From positions 3,764,273-3,828,272 of the forward strand of contig MU053873.1 in NCBI GenBank assembly GCA_013239625.1: a stretch of 64,000 nucleotides of DNA, given 5' to 3'. Made by a program: the position numbers and the translations under genes. This document shows, piece by piece, positions 63,503 through 64,000 of this stretch; position 1 is the stretch's first letter; every line of letters begins with the position of its first letter. The notes below the pieces were generated by a model. That model ran no database searches. It saw only the letters and a list, made by a program, of their open reading frames with translations, and had not been told where the DNA came from. This DNA is from Lama guanicoe. Taxonomy: Eukaryota.

Positions 63503-63964
63503 CTACGATGGTTAACTTTATGGGTCAACTTGAGTGGACCACAGAGCGCCCAGATATTTGGTGAGATATTATTCTGGGTGTGTGTGTGAGGCTGCTTCCA
63601 GGTCAGATTAATATCTGAGTAAAGCAGGTTGTGGCCGGGCTTCATCTAATTAATGGGGACCTGAATAGAACAAAGGAGGCTGAGTAGAGGGAACCCTTCC
63701 GGGCTGACTACCTGAGCTGGGACATCTGTCTTTTATCGACTTCAGACTCAAACTGAAATCTTAGCCCCTCTTGGGTCTCAGGCCTTCGGACTTGGACTGG
63801 AGTTAACCACTAGCCCTCTGGGGTCTCCAGCTTGCGGACTACAGATCTGGGGATTGCTCAACCTCCATTGTCCCATGAGTCAATTCCTTATAAGAAAGAC
63901 AGACAGACAGACAGAAAGAAGGAAAGCCTGTTGGTTCTGTTTCTCTACAGAACCCCTACTATTA
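63503..63964 (+). mobile_element. MLT2-family (ERVL) LTR
   Basis: GATGGTTAACTTTATGGGTCAACTTGA...CCCAGATATTTGG start and TTGGTTCTGTTTCTCT...AGAACCCT end. Confidence 0.8.
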
Positions 63965-64000
63965 GTTGCCACCTCACTATCCATCCATTCCCCTCTCCCT

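Noticed and set aside
1..64000. CRISPR arrays, operons or other prokaryotic or viral defence systems
   Set aside because: The sequence is a spliced mammalian locus; I saw no regularly spaced repeat-spacer array or intact retroviral or transposase ORF.

Overview
Mammalian genomic DNA, most likely a camelid (alpaca or camel), judged from eight copies of a tRNA-Ala-derived Vic-1-type SINE. About 60 kb of the window is one minus-strand gene, SGSM1 (RUTBC2), a RUN + PH-like + TBC Rab-GAP. I mapped 19 coding exons, numbered 3-21 by analogy with the human gene. All have GT-AG boundaries and join into one continuous reading frame, including a 165-nt cassette exon. The start-codon exons 1-2 are not visible and probably lie in the 308-N gap inside the CpG-island promoter (60131-60438). 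The last TBC exons lie beyond coordinate 1. Introns are rich in repeats: dozens of MIR/L2 fragments (only examples listed), L1 pieces, MaLR/ERV LTRs, and MER20, MER53, MER58 and Tigger1 DNA transposons. Almost all other ORFs in the track are spurious. I see no new protein-coding system. The most interesting signals are RNA-level or regulatory: inverted SINE pairs bracketing the frame-symmetric exons of the TBC insertion, a stop-free in-frame intron, and a dense CLEAR/X-box/ETS motif cluster in intron 2. Repeat family names and comparisons with human SGSM1 come from recall, not database searches.
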